Positions 8,480 to 16,666 of a DNA stretch of 32,000 nucleotides are shown here, piece by piece. A program made the position numbers and the translations under genes. The first letter of the stretch is position 1; every line of letters begins with the position of its first letter. The stretch is taken from NCBI RefSeq assembly GCF_042660085.1, contig NZ_JBHSTI010000002.1, forward strand, positions 330,001-362,000. Reading direction: 5' to 3'. A model generated the notes under the pieces. That model ran no database searches and was not told where the DNA came from. It was given only the letters and a program-made list of their open reading frames with translations. This stretch comes from Longivirga aurantiaca (GTDB lineage Bacteria; Actinomycetota; Actinomycetes; S36-B12; CAIYMF01).

Positions 8480-9679
8480 GTGAGCGAGCAGCCGGTGGTG
8501 GTCGAGCGGCGGGTGACCCCGCTCGAGCTCTTCTTCGACCTGGTCTTCGTCTTCTCCCTCACCCAGGTGACGGCGCTGATGGCGGCCGATCCCACCTGGC
8601 TGGGGCTCCTGCGCGGGATGGCCGTGCTCACGGTGCTGTGGTGGGCGTGGGTCGCGTACGTCTGGATCGGCACCACGACCGATGCCGAGGACGGCGTCGC
8701 GCGCATCGTGATGCTCGCCGCGATGGGCGCGATGTTCCTGACCGCGCTCGCGGCCCCCGGAGCGTTCGGCCAGCTCGGCGACGTCGCCGGGGGCTCGCGC
8801 GACCAGGCGCTGCTGTTCGGCGTCACGTACTTCGCCGTGCGCCTCGCCCACGTGGTGCTCTTCCGCGTGATCGGTCGGGACAAGCCCGACGTCGGTGCCG
8901 CCGTGGCCCGGCTCGCGCCGGGTCTGCTCCTCGGATCCGCGCTGATCCTCGTCGCGGCCTTCCTCCCGCCCGGGTGGCCGCGCGGCCTGCTCTGGGCGGT
9001 CGCGATCGCGGTCGACGTCGGGGCCCCGCTCGTCGCGGGCACGAAGGGGTGGGAGCTCAGCCCCCACCACTTCGCCGAGCGGCACGGCCTCGTGATCATC
9101 ATCGCGCTGGGCGAGTCGCTGGTGGCCCTCGGCGTCGGCGTCAGCGACCAGCTGTACGACGTGCGCACGATGATCGCGGTGCTCGTGGGGTTCGCCTCGG
9201 TGGCGTGCCTCTGGTGGCTCTACTTCGACGTCGTCGCCATCGCGGCCGAGCGCCGGCTCGCGAGCGTCGACGTCGAGCAGCGCAACAGGCTCGCGCGCGA
9301 CTCGTTCAACTACTTCCACCTGCCGATGGTGGCCGGGATCGTGCTGCTCGCCCTGGGCCTCAAGAAGTCGTTCGTCGACATCGACTCCGAGCTCAAGCTC
9401 GTGGCGTCGTTCGCGCTCTTCGGCGGCGTCGCGCTCTACCTGCTCGGCCACCTGCTCTTCCGCAAGCGCAACATGGGCTCCTGGAACCTCCAGCGCACGG
9501 TGATCATGCTGCTGCTGCTCGCCTGCGTGCCGCTCGGTGTGGCCGTTCCCGCGTGGGTGAGCCTCGTGACGCTGATGTCGGTGCTGCTGGCGCTCGTCAC
9601 CTACGAGACGCTGGCCTTCGCTCCGTGGCGCCGGCACCTCCGCGCCGCCCACGAGGACCACCACGCGGGGGAGCACTGA
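8480..9679 (+). CDS. low temperature requirement protein A (LtrA) family membrane protein
   Basis: GTG start. The N-terminal signature is RVTPLELFFDLVFVFSLTQV, followed by a polytopic hydrophobic profile. Confidence 0.85.
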   Translation: MSEQPVVVERRVTPLELFFDLVFVFSLTQVTALMAADPTWLGLLRGMAVLTVLWWAWVAYVWIGTTTDAEDGVARIVMLAAMGAMFLTALAAPGAFGQLGDVAGGSRDQALLFGVTYFAVRLAHVVLFRVIGRDKPDVGAAVARLAPGLLLGSALILVAAFLPPGWPRGLLWAVAIAVDVGAPLVAGTKGWELSPHHFAERHGLVIIIALGESLVALGVGVSDQLYDVRTMIAVLVGFASVACLWWLYFDVVAIAAERRLASVDVEQRNRLARDSFNYFHLPMVAGIVLLALGLKKSFVDIDSELKLVASFALFGGVALYLLGHLLFRKRNMGSWNLQRTVIMLLLLACVPLGVAVPAWVSLVTLMSVLLALVTYETLAFAPWRRHLRAAHEDHHAGEH

Positions 9680-9692
9680 CCACAGTCGCGTG

Positions 9693-11357
9693 TCAGACCG
9701 CGTCGGGCTCGATGCTGCCGTGCAGGACGTCGTCGGCGTCGACGATGCGGTAGGCGTAGCCCTGCTCGGCGAGGAACCGCTGGCGGTGCGCGGCGAAGTC
9801 GGCGTCAACGGTGTCGCGCGCCACGACGGCGTAGAAGCGCGCGGTGCGGCCGTCGGCCTTCGGGCGCAGCACGCGGCCGAGGCGCTGGGCCTCCTCCTGC
9901 CGCGAGCCGAACGAGCCGGAGATCTGGATGGCGACGCCGGCCTCGGGCAGGTCGACCGAGAAGTTGGCGACCTTGGAGACGACGAGCACGCGGACCTCTC
10001 CGGAGCGGAAGGCGTCGAAGAGGCGCTCGCGCTCCTTGACCGGCGTCTCGCCCGTGATGACGGGAGCATCGAGCCGCTCGCCCATCTCGTGCAGCTGGTC
10101 GAGGTATTGGCCGATCACGAGGACGTGCTCCTCGGCGTGCTTCTCGACCAGCGCCTGGACGATGCGGAACTTGCGGTCGGTCGAGGCCGCGAGGCGGTAG
10201 CGCTCCTCGGGCTCGGCGGTCGCGTAGACGAGGCGCTCGCGCTCGTCGAGCGTCACGCGCACCTCGACGCAGTCGGCGGGAGCGATGTAGCCCTGCGCCT
10301 CGATGTCCTTCCAGGGCGCGTCGTACCGCTTGGGCCCGATGAGCGAGAAGACGTCGCCCTCTCGGCCGTCCTCGCGCACGAGGGTGGCCGTGAGGCCGAG
10401 CCGGCGGCGGGCCTGGATGTCGGCGGTGAACCGGAAGATCGGTGCCGGCAGCAGGTGCACCTCGTCGTACAGGATGAGGCCCCAGTCGCGGGCGTCGAAG
10501 AGCTCGAGGTGCTGGTAGACGCCCTTCCGCCGGGTCGTCATCACCTGGTACGTCGCGATGGTCACGGGCCGGATGTCCTTGACCGTGCCGGAGTACTCGC
10601 CGATCTCGGACTCGGTGAGGGTCGTGCGCTTGAGCAGCTCGGACTTCCACTGGCGGGCCGAGACGGTGTTGGTGACGAGGATCAGGGTGGTGGCGCCGGC
10701 CATCGCCATCGCGGCCGCGCCGACGATCGTCTTGCCCGCGCCGCAGGGGAGCACGACCACGCCCGAGCCGCCGTGCAGGAAGTTCTCGGCGGCCTCGCGC
10801 TGGTAGCCGCGCAGGGTCCAGCCGTCCTCGGTGAGCGACATCGGGTGCGCCTCGCCGTCGACGTACCCGGCCAGGTCCTCCGCCGGCCAGCCGAGCTTGA
10901 GCAGCACCTGCTTGAGCGACCCGCGCTCGGACGGGTGCACGACGACGGTGTCGGGGTCGATGCGCGCCCCGACGAGCGGCTCGACCTTCTTGCTGCGCAG
11001 CACCTCCTCGAGCACGGCCCGGTCGTTCGAGTGCAGCACCAGGCCGTGGGCGGGGTCGTTCTGCAGCTGGAGGCGGCCGTAGCGGCCCATGGTGTCGGCG
11101 ACGTCGACGAGCAGGGAGTGCGGCACGGGGTAGCGCGAGTAGCGCAGCAGGATGTCGACGACGCCCTCGGCGTCGTGACCGGCCGCGCGCGCGTTCCAGA
11201 GGCCGAGCGGCGTGAGGCGGTAGGTGTGCACGTGCTCGGGGGCGCGCTCGAGCTCGGCGAACGGCGCGATCGCGTGACGGCACTCGGCCGACAGCGCATG
11301 GTCGATCTCGAGGAGCAGCGTCTTGTCGCTCTGCACGATCAGCGGGCCGTCGGTCAT
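9693..11357 (-). CDS. xpb: XPB/ERCC3-type DNA repair helicase (SF2)
   Basis: Internal ATG (MTDGPLIVQSDKTLLLE) of track ORF 9693..11396. Motifs: Walker A LPCGAGKT, motif II YDEVHLLP, RLGLTATLVRED, QRLGRVLR. The N-terminal damage-recognition-like domain is as in mycobacterial XPB (Rv0861c). Confidence 0.92.
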   Translation of the reverse strand: MTDGPLIVQSDKTLLLEIDHALSAECRHAIAPFAELERAPEHVHTYRLTPLGLWNARAAGHDAEGVVDILLRYSRYPVPHSLLVDVADTMGRYGRLQLQNDPAHGLVLHSNDRAVLEEVLRSKKVEPLVGARIDPDTVVVHPSERGSLKQVLLKLGWPAEDLAGYVDGEAHPMSLTEDGWTLRGYQREAAENFLHGGSGVVVLPCGAGKTIVGAAAMAMAGATTLILVTNTVSARQWKSELLKRTTLTESEIGEYSGTVKDIRPVTIATYQVMTTRRKGVYQHLELFDARDWGLILYDEVHLLPAPIFRFTADIQARRRLGLTATLVREDGREGDVFSLIGPKRYDAPWKDIEAQGYIAPADCVEVRVTLDERERLVYATAEPEERYRLAASTDRKFRIVQALVEKHAEEHVLVIGQYLDQLHEMGERLDAPVITGETPVKERERLFDAFRSGEVRVLVVSKVANFSVDLPEAGVAIQISGSFGSRQEEAQRLGRVLRPKADGRTARFYAVVARDTVDADFAAHRQRFLAEQGYAYRIVDADDVLHGSIEPDAV

Positions 11358-11416
11358 CCGTCGATTCTCCCACCCCGGCCGAGACGCGCAGACCACAGCG
11401 TGACGCCCGGAGCGAA

Positions 11417-11486
11417 CACCCCTCGCTGAGCCTGCTCGATCCGTTGCTCCCGGGCCCGGGAAGCAGCGGATTGATCAGTGTCAGCG
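11417..11486 (+). repeat. IR-2 structured intergenic repeat, copy E
   Basis: CACCCCTCGCTGAGCCTGCTCGATCCGTTGCTCCCGGGCCCGGGAAGCAGCGGATTGATCAGTGTCAGCG. Over the 58-nt core, 51 positions are identical to the reverse complement of 26497-26554 by my hand alignment. The flank CACCCCTC(C)GCT.AGCC is also shared. Confidence 0.8.
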
Positions 11487-11498
11487 GGTGGGTGCGGC

Positions 11499-11504
11499 TA
11501 GGTT
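11499..11504 (+). promoter_or_regulatory. candidate -10 hexamer (TAGGTT) for a leaderless transcript
   Basis: TANNNT hexamer 6 nt upstream of the ATG at 11511. No SD is visible. Confidence 0.3.
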
Positions 11505-11510
11505 GCGGGG

Positions 11511-11900
11511 ATGCGGATCTCCACCTTCCTCATGTTCCAGGGCGACGCCGAGGCCTGGCTCGACCTCGCGGTCGGGGCAATCCCCGGGTCGAGCGTCACG
11601 ACGATCACGCGCTACGGCGCGGAGGGCCCGGGCGTCGAGGGATCCGTCGCCGCCTCGGAGGCGCTGATCGGCGGTCACGCCGTGCGCTGCTACGACAGCT
11701 TCGTCGTCCACGACTTCACCTTCACGCCGTCCATCTCGCTGTTCGTCGACCTCGACTCCGAGGAGCAGCACGCGGCCGCCCACGACCTCCTGGTGGACGG
11801 CGGCAGCATGCTCATGCCGCCGGGCGACTATGGCTTCAGCCGCTGGTTCTCCTGGATCCAGGACCGCTACGGCGTCTCCTGGCAGCTGAACGTGCCGTGA
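11511..11900 (+). CDS. VOC/glyoxalase-fold protein, PhnB-like (3-demethylubiquinone-9 3-methyltransferase domain family)
   Basis: Track ORF containing MRISTFLMFQGDAEAW...GGSMLMPPGDYGFSRWFSWIQDRYGVSWQLN, the typical PhnB-like ends. Confidence 0.75.
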   Translation: MRISTFLMFQGDAEAWLDLAVGAIPGSSVTTITRYGAEGPGVEGSVAASEALIGGHAVRCYDSFVVHDFTFTPSISLFVDLDSEEQHAAAHDLLVDGGSMLMPPGDYGFSRWFSWIQDRYGVSWQLNVP

Positions 11901-12781
11901 GCGGGATCGTCAGCGGCGAGCGGCTGGGCGCGGCCTGGGAGGACGCGCGCCTGGCCGCGTCGCGCGGCCGGGTGCAGGTGCGCGCGCTCCGCACCGTGGC
12001 CGAGCTGAACGAGGCCCGCGGGGTGTGGGACGCCGTGTGGCCCACGGTCCCCGGCGCCACCGAGATCACCGGCAACCTCATCCGCGCGATCGAGCACGCC
12101 GGCGGGTACGTGTCGGGTGCCTACGCAGACGGTGTCATGGTGGGGTCCTGCCTCGCCTTCCTCGGCCGCACCCGTGAGGACGCCGGCTGGCACACCCACC
12201 TGCACTCGCACATCGCCGCAGCCACGCCCGGCAACGCCGACCGTGGGGTCGGCACCGCGCTCAAGCTGCACCAGCGGGCATGGGCGCTCGAGCACGACAT
12301 CGACCGCGTGGTCTGGACCTTCGACCCGCTGGTACGCCGCAACGCGCGGCTCAACCTGGTGAAGCTCGGCGCTGTCGCGGTGGACTACCTCGTGGACTTC
12401 TACGGGCGGATGGACGACGCGCTCAACGCCGGCGAGCCCAGCGACCGGCTCCTCGCCCAGTGGGACGTCGCGTCCGACCGCGTGGCCGAGGCTCTCTCAG
12501 GAGCCGTAGCGGCCTGGACGCGCGCCGACCTCCTCGCGGCGGGCGCGGCCGAGGCGCTCGTGGTCGGTGACGACGGCGAGCCGCGCGTCATCCCGGCGTC
12601 CGTGCGGACCACCCTCGTGGCGCTACCCGGTGACATCGTGGACATCCGCCGCCGCGACGGCGGCCTCGCCCGCGCGTGGCGCCTCGCTGTCCGCGAGGCC
12701 CTGGCTCCCGTGGGCGCGGGTGCGGCGTACGTCGTGGGTCTCACGACGGACGGCTTCTACGTGGTGGAGGAACGGGCATGA
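11897..12781 (+). CDS. GNAT-fold protein of the family found next to N-acylamino-acid racemases (COG3375-like)
   Basis: GTG at 11897 overlaps the upstream stop (GTGA). It is in frame with track ORF 11444..12781, whose first 151 codons I reject. The region RGVGTALKLHQRAWALEHDIDRVVWTFDPLVRRNARLNLVKLG looks like a GNAT acyl-CoA site. Confidence 0.7.
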   Translation: MSGIVSGERLGAAWEDARLAASRGRVQVRALRTVAELNEARGVWDAVWPTVPGATEITGNLIRAIEHAGGYVSGAYADGVMVGSCLAFLGRTREDAGWHTHLHSHIAAATPGNADRGVGTALKLHQRAWALEHDIDRVVWTFDPLVRRNARLNLVKLGAVAVDYLVDFYGRMDDALNAGEPSDRLLAQWDVASDRVAEALSGAVAAWTRADLLAAGAAEALVVGDDGEPRVIPASVRTTLVALPGDIVDIRRRDGGLARAWRLAVREALAPVGAGAAYVVGLTTDGFYVVEERA

Positions 12782-13884
12782 GGATCGAGAGGGTGGTGGT
12801 CCACCGGGCCGCGCTGCCGCTGGTGCGGCCGTTCCGCACGTCGTTCATGGTCGAACTCCACAAGGACGTCGTCCTCGTCGAGCTCACCACGGACGACGGC
12901 GTCACCGGCTGGGGCGAGTGCGTGGCGATGACCGCCCCGCTGTACAGCCACGAGTACAACGACGGCGCGATCGAGGTCATGCGCGAGTTCCTGCTCCCGC
13001 GGCTCCTCGGCGTCGACCTCGAGCTCGAGGACGTGCCCGCGCTGCTCGGCCCGGTGCGCGGCCACCCGATGGCCAAGGGCGCGCTCGAGCTGGCGGTGGC
13101 CGACGCCGCGCTGCGCATGCGGGGCCAGTCGTTCGCGTCGTACCTCGGGAGCGTCCGCGACCAGGTCGACTGCGGCGTCTCGGTAGGCATCCCGGCGGAC
13201 GACTCCATCGACACGCTCGTGGCCGAGGTCGACGGCTACGTGGCCGAGGGCTACCAGCGCATCAAGCTGAAGATCCAGCCCGGCTGGGACGTCGTCCCCA
13301 CGCGGGTGATCCGTGAGCGCTACCCGGACGTCCCGCTGCAGGTCGACGCCAACCAGGCATACGGCCGCGCCGACATCGAGCACCTGGCAGGGCTCGACGA
13401 GTTCGGGCTGCTCCTGATCGAGCAGCCGCTGCACGAGGACGACGTGCTGGGGCACAAGCTCATGGCCGAGCGCATGCAGACCCCCATGTGCCTGGACGAG
13501 TCGGTGCTCTCTGCGGAGAACGCCGAGTTCCTCATCGACTACGGCGCGTGCGAGGTCGTGAACATCAAGGCGGGCCGCGTCGGCGGGTATCTCTCGGCCA
13601 AGGCGATCCACGACCTCGCGCTCGCGCGCAGCGTCCCGGTGTGGTGCGGCGGGATGGTGGAGACGGGCATCGGCCGCGCAGCCAACATCGCCCTCGCGTC
13701 CCTCCCGGGCTTCACCCTGCCGGGCGACACGAGCGGCAGCGACCGCTTCTTCACGCGCGACGTCACGGAGCCGTTCGTGCTCGTGGACGGCCGGATCGAC
13801 GTGCCGACAGGCCCCGGGCTCGGAGTCGCGCCGTTGCCCGAGGTGCTCGAGGAGCTGACCGTCGCTCGGCACGTGCTCGCCTGA
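12778..13884 (+). CDS. menC: enolase-superfamily o-succinylbenzoate synthase / N-succinylamino-acid racemase (NSAR/OSBS subfamily)
   Basis: ATG at 12778 overlaps the upstream stop (ATGA). The sequence is close along its length to the Amycolatopsis N-acylamino acid racemase as I recall it. Catalytic positions are present: RIKLKIQPGWD (KxK), QVDANQAY, LIEQPL, CLDESV, NIKAGRVGG. Confidence 0.9.
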   Translation: MRIERVVVHRAALPLVRPFRTSFMVELHKDVVLVELTTDDGVTGWGECVAMTAPLYSHEYNDGAIEVMREFLLPRLLGVDLELEDVPALLGPVRGHPMAKGALELAVADAALRMRGQSFASYLGSVRDQVDCGVSVGIPADDSIDTLVAEVDGYVAEGYQRIKLKIQPGWDVVPTRVIRERYPDVPLQVDANQAYGRADIEHLAGLDEFGLLLIEQPLHEDDVLGHKLMAERMQTPMCLDESVLSAENAEFLIDYGACEVVNIKAGRVGGYLSAKAIHDLALARSVPVWCGGMVETGIGRAANIALASLPGFTLPGDTSGSDRFFTRDVTEPFVLVDGRIDVPTGPGLGVAPLPEVLEELTVARHVLA

Positions 13885-13998
13885 GATCCCCCGTCCCCCA
13901 GCGATTTTGGCTCCTCACCCGTTCGTCCGATAGACGATGCACGACCTGCATCCGTGTATGCGCGAGGCGTAGCCTGGAGCCATTCCAGGAGGTACACG

Positions 13999-14187
13999 AT
14001 GCGCCAGGACCAGAGGACCAGGAACGCCGACCGGACCCCCGGGGCGGCGGAGCGGGCGAAGGTGCGCCGGCTCACCGCTGAAGGGCAGCGGCTCCGTGCC
14101 TGCGACGCCGCGCGCGACCATCTCGCGCAGCCCGGCGCGGAGCAGGCCACCACGGTCGCCCGGCGTACCGCCTCGACCTGGCGCTGA
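13999..14187 (+). CDS. small basic hypothetical protein, 62 aa
   Basis: The ATG at 13999 inside track ORF 13954..14187 is preceded by CCAGGAGGTACACG (strong SD). Third-position GC is high. The product is MRQDQRTRNADRTPGAAERAKVRRLTAEGQRLRACDAARDHL... I recognise no homologue. Confidence 0.4.
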   Translation: MRQDQRTRNADRTPGAAERAKVRRLTAEGQRLRACDAARDHLAQPGAEQATTVARRTASTWR

Positions 14188-14190
14188 GCG

Positions 14191-16659
14191 TCAGGGCGCC
14201 TTGTCCGCGACCGCAGCCACGCCGGTGATGCGCGCGACCGTGAACGTGCGCACCTCCGCCGTGCGCAGGTCGTACGCCGTGAGGAAGCCGCCGTCGAGCC
14301 GCAACGGCTCGACCACGCGCTCGGTCGCGGTGCCCGTGGAGTCGGCGTACCCGATCCAGATCGCCTTCTGACGGTCGAGGGCACCCCGAAGCTCGGCCAT
14401 CGTCTCGCTCGTCGTCGACCGAGGGAGCCGTCCGCTGCCGCCGGACTCGGGCATGGCCGGCGGGCGGTGCGCGGCCGCGGTCTCGCCGGCGCGCAGTGCG
14501 CGGACGGCGGCTGACAGCAGGGCCTCGGTCGGGGCCGGAGGCTCGCCCGAGAGCCGCGGCGGCCTCGGCCGCGTGGGGGTGCGGCGCGAGTCACGACGGC
14601 GTACGACGACGGCGCCCTCCGCGTTCTCGGCGCTCGGTGCGTAGCCGGCCTCGCGCAGACGCTCGAGGACGAGGTCGATGGGGGACGCCGACACGATGAC
14701 GGTGTCCGCGACGCGCGTGAGGCGCAGCGCGGCGAGCTTGCGGTCGGCGAGTGCTGCGGTGACGGTGGCCGGGTCGTCGCACCGGAGGTACGCCGTGGCC
14801 ACGCCGACGCGCAGGGCGCCGTGGCGCCGCGCAGCGTCGTTGACGAGGTACTCGAGCGGCTGCGGCACGGGCGTGCGCGATCGCGCCGAGAGCATCGCGA
14901 GGATGTCGGTGGCGCTGCGCCCGGCGTCGAGGGCGCGACGGATGGTGGCCTCGGTGAACCGGTAGACGGTGGCTCCGCCGGTCGACTCGACGTCGGCCAT
15001 CAGCGCGATCTCGCGCGCCAGGGCGCCCTCGAGCGGTCCGGGAGCGACCGCGGTGAGGTCGGCCTGCAGCAGCACGTGGTCGAGGGGCTCGGGCAGCACG
15101 GCGTCGACGGCGGCCGCGACCTCCGCGGGCACCGACGCGCGACCCGGCATCCGTGCCGCGGCGCGCGCCTCGTTCGACGCCTCGTCCGGAAGGGTGGACG
15201 TGAGCAGCATCCGACCGTGCGTCGACAGCGACCCGAGGCCCGTGATGCCGAGGCGCTCGGCCTCCTCGGGAACCGCCTCGACCACCGCCTGCCACAGGGG
15301 CGACGTACGGCGAGGGCGGCGCCAGCGCAGGCGCTCGAGCAGTGCGTGGTGCGACGGCGACTGCCCCGGCTCGAGGGCGACGAGCTCGTCGAGGACGGCG
15401 CGGCGGGCCTCGGGCGTGAGCGCGCGGTCGAGGTCGCGCGCCAGGGCGTTGACCCTCCCGCCGCCGTCGTCGCGCCCGGCCACGAGGACCGGTGTGCGGG
15501 TCATCAGCAGCCAGGTCTGGGCGAGCAGCGTCCAGCGCTCCGCTGTCGAGCGGGTCAGCCAGGAGTCGTAGGCGGGCGTGGGGCACCACACCTCGTCGAG
15601 CTCGCCGTCCGCCGCGAGAAGCCCTGCGGCGTAAGCGGTCTCGATGACGAGCGCGGCGCCTTCCTCGTCGACGTCGAGGCCGAGGGCGGTGCGCGTGAGG
15701 TCGCGGACGGCGAGGCCGCCGCTGCGCAGGACGGCGGGGGGCGCCGTGGACCACGCCTCGAGGAGGTCCTCGACCAGGCGCACGAACGAGAACGCCTGCT
15801 GGCCGGCCGTGCGGTCGACGAGGTTCGGCGTGCGGTCCGTGTGGTCGACCGACGGCGGGTGCGGCACGAGGTCAGGCACGAGCACGCCGCCGCGCAGGGG
15901 CAGTGCCACCTCGCGCGGCACGATCACGGTGTCGGCCGCGATCGGCTCGAGCAGGTGCCGAGCGAGGAGCCACTCGACGGGAGTGCGGGCCGACTCGACC
16001 GACACGGGTCGGTCCGCGCCCTCGACGCGGCCGACCGGCGAGGTCCAGAGCAGGCGCTCGAGCGCCTCGCGCGCGCCGTCCGGCGCCTCCGTGAGCGTGC
16101 GCTCGACCAGAGCCGGGTCGTCGGCGTACGGCGCGACACCGCGGCGTCCCTCGGCCATCGCGGGTCCGAGGCCGGCGGGGTAGGTGCCGAGCGCCTCGCG
16201 GACGGGTCGGACGAGGTGCAGATCGTGGTCGCGCCCCCAGAGCAGTGCGAGGACGCGCAGCCGGTCGACCACTCCGGCGACGAGCGCGGGGTCGACGTCG
16301 GGCAGGCCCTCCTGTAGCTGGCGGAGGTCGGCGGGCTCGCCGAGCGCGGCGAGCGCGGTGGTGACCTGCAGCGCGAAGACATCGAGGCGGTCGAGCGCGC
16401 GGGCGGCGGACGGGCCCGTCGTCGCGCGGGTCGCCAGCGCGCCGAGATCGGCCGGGACGGGGTGCACGAGGTCGGGGCGGGCGGCCAGCAGCGCGGCGAT
16501 GGAGTCGTCGCTGCGCTGACGGAGGTCCTCGGCGAGCGAGCGCGGTGCCGGAGCGGCGGCGTCCGGGGCGGCGCCGGCGGCTGTCGGGCGCGCGGAGGCA
16601 GAGGCGCTGCGCCGACGCGGCGTCGCACCTCCCGCAGCGTCCGGCCGTCGAGTGGTCAT
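14191..16659 (-). CDS. XPB-associated helicase-associated-domain protein (Rv0862c-like) with C-terminal WYL-like domain
   Basis: Internal ATG (MTTRRPDAAGG) of track ORF 14191..17265. The first 202 codons of that ORF are antisense to the HAD gene and are rejected. The protein is 822 aa. The C-terminal segment KAIWIGYADSTGTATERVVEPLRLDGGFLTAYDLRTAEVRTFTVARI fits the WYL-domain pattern. Confidence 0.8.
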   Translation of the reverse strand: MTTRRPDAAGGATPRRRSASASARPTAAGAAPDAAAPAPRSLAEDLRQRSDDSIAALLAARPDLVHPVPADLGALATRATTGPSAARALDRLDVFALQVTTALAALGEPADLRQLQEGLPDVDPALVAGVVDRLRVLALLWGRDHDLHLVRPVREALGTYPAGLGPAMAEGRRGVAPYADDPALVERTLTEAPDGAREALERLLWTSPVGRVEGADRPVSVESARTPVEWLLARHLLEPIAADTVIVPREVALPLRGGVLVPDLVPHPPSVDHTDRTPNLVDRTAGQQAFSFVRLVEDLLEAWSTAPPAVLRSGGLAVRDLTRTALGLDVDEEGAALVIETAYAAGLLAADGELDEVWCPTPAYDSWLTRSTAERWTLLAQTWLLMTRTPVLVAGRDDGGGRVNALARDLDRALTPEARRAVLDELVALEPGQSPSHHALLERLRWRRPRRTSPLWQAVVEAVPEEAERLGITGLGSLSTHGRMLLTSTLPDEASNEARAAARMPGRASVPAEVAAAVDAVLPEPLDHVLLQADLTAVAPGPLEGALAREIALMADVESTGGATVYRFTEATIRRALDAGRSATDILAMLSARSRTPVPQPLEYLVNDAARRHGALRVGVATAYLRCDDPATVTAALADRKLAALRLTRVADTVIVSASPIDLVLERLREAGYAPSAENAEGAVVVRRRDSRRTPTRPRPPRLSGEPPAPTEALLSAAVRALRAGETAAAHRPPAMPESGGSGRLPRSTTSETMAELRGALDRQKAIWIGYADSTGTATERVVEPLRLDGGFLTAYDLRTAEVRTFTVARITGVAAVADKAP

Positions 16660-16666
16660 CCGCCCA

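Noticed and set aside
9690-11429. 579-aa plus-strand ORF and 522-aa alternate-frame minus ORF over the XPB gene
   Set aside because: The frame carrying Walker A/DEVH/helicase motifs is the 9693..11357 one. The others are Arg/Gly/Asp-rich artefacts.
11444-11896. N-terminal 151 codons of track ORF 11444..12781
   Set aside because: This part overlaps the well-supported PhnB-like gene in another frame and is Arg-rich nonsense. The GNAT-like homology only begins after GTG 11897, which overlaps the upstream stop.
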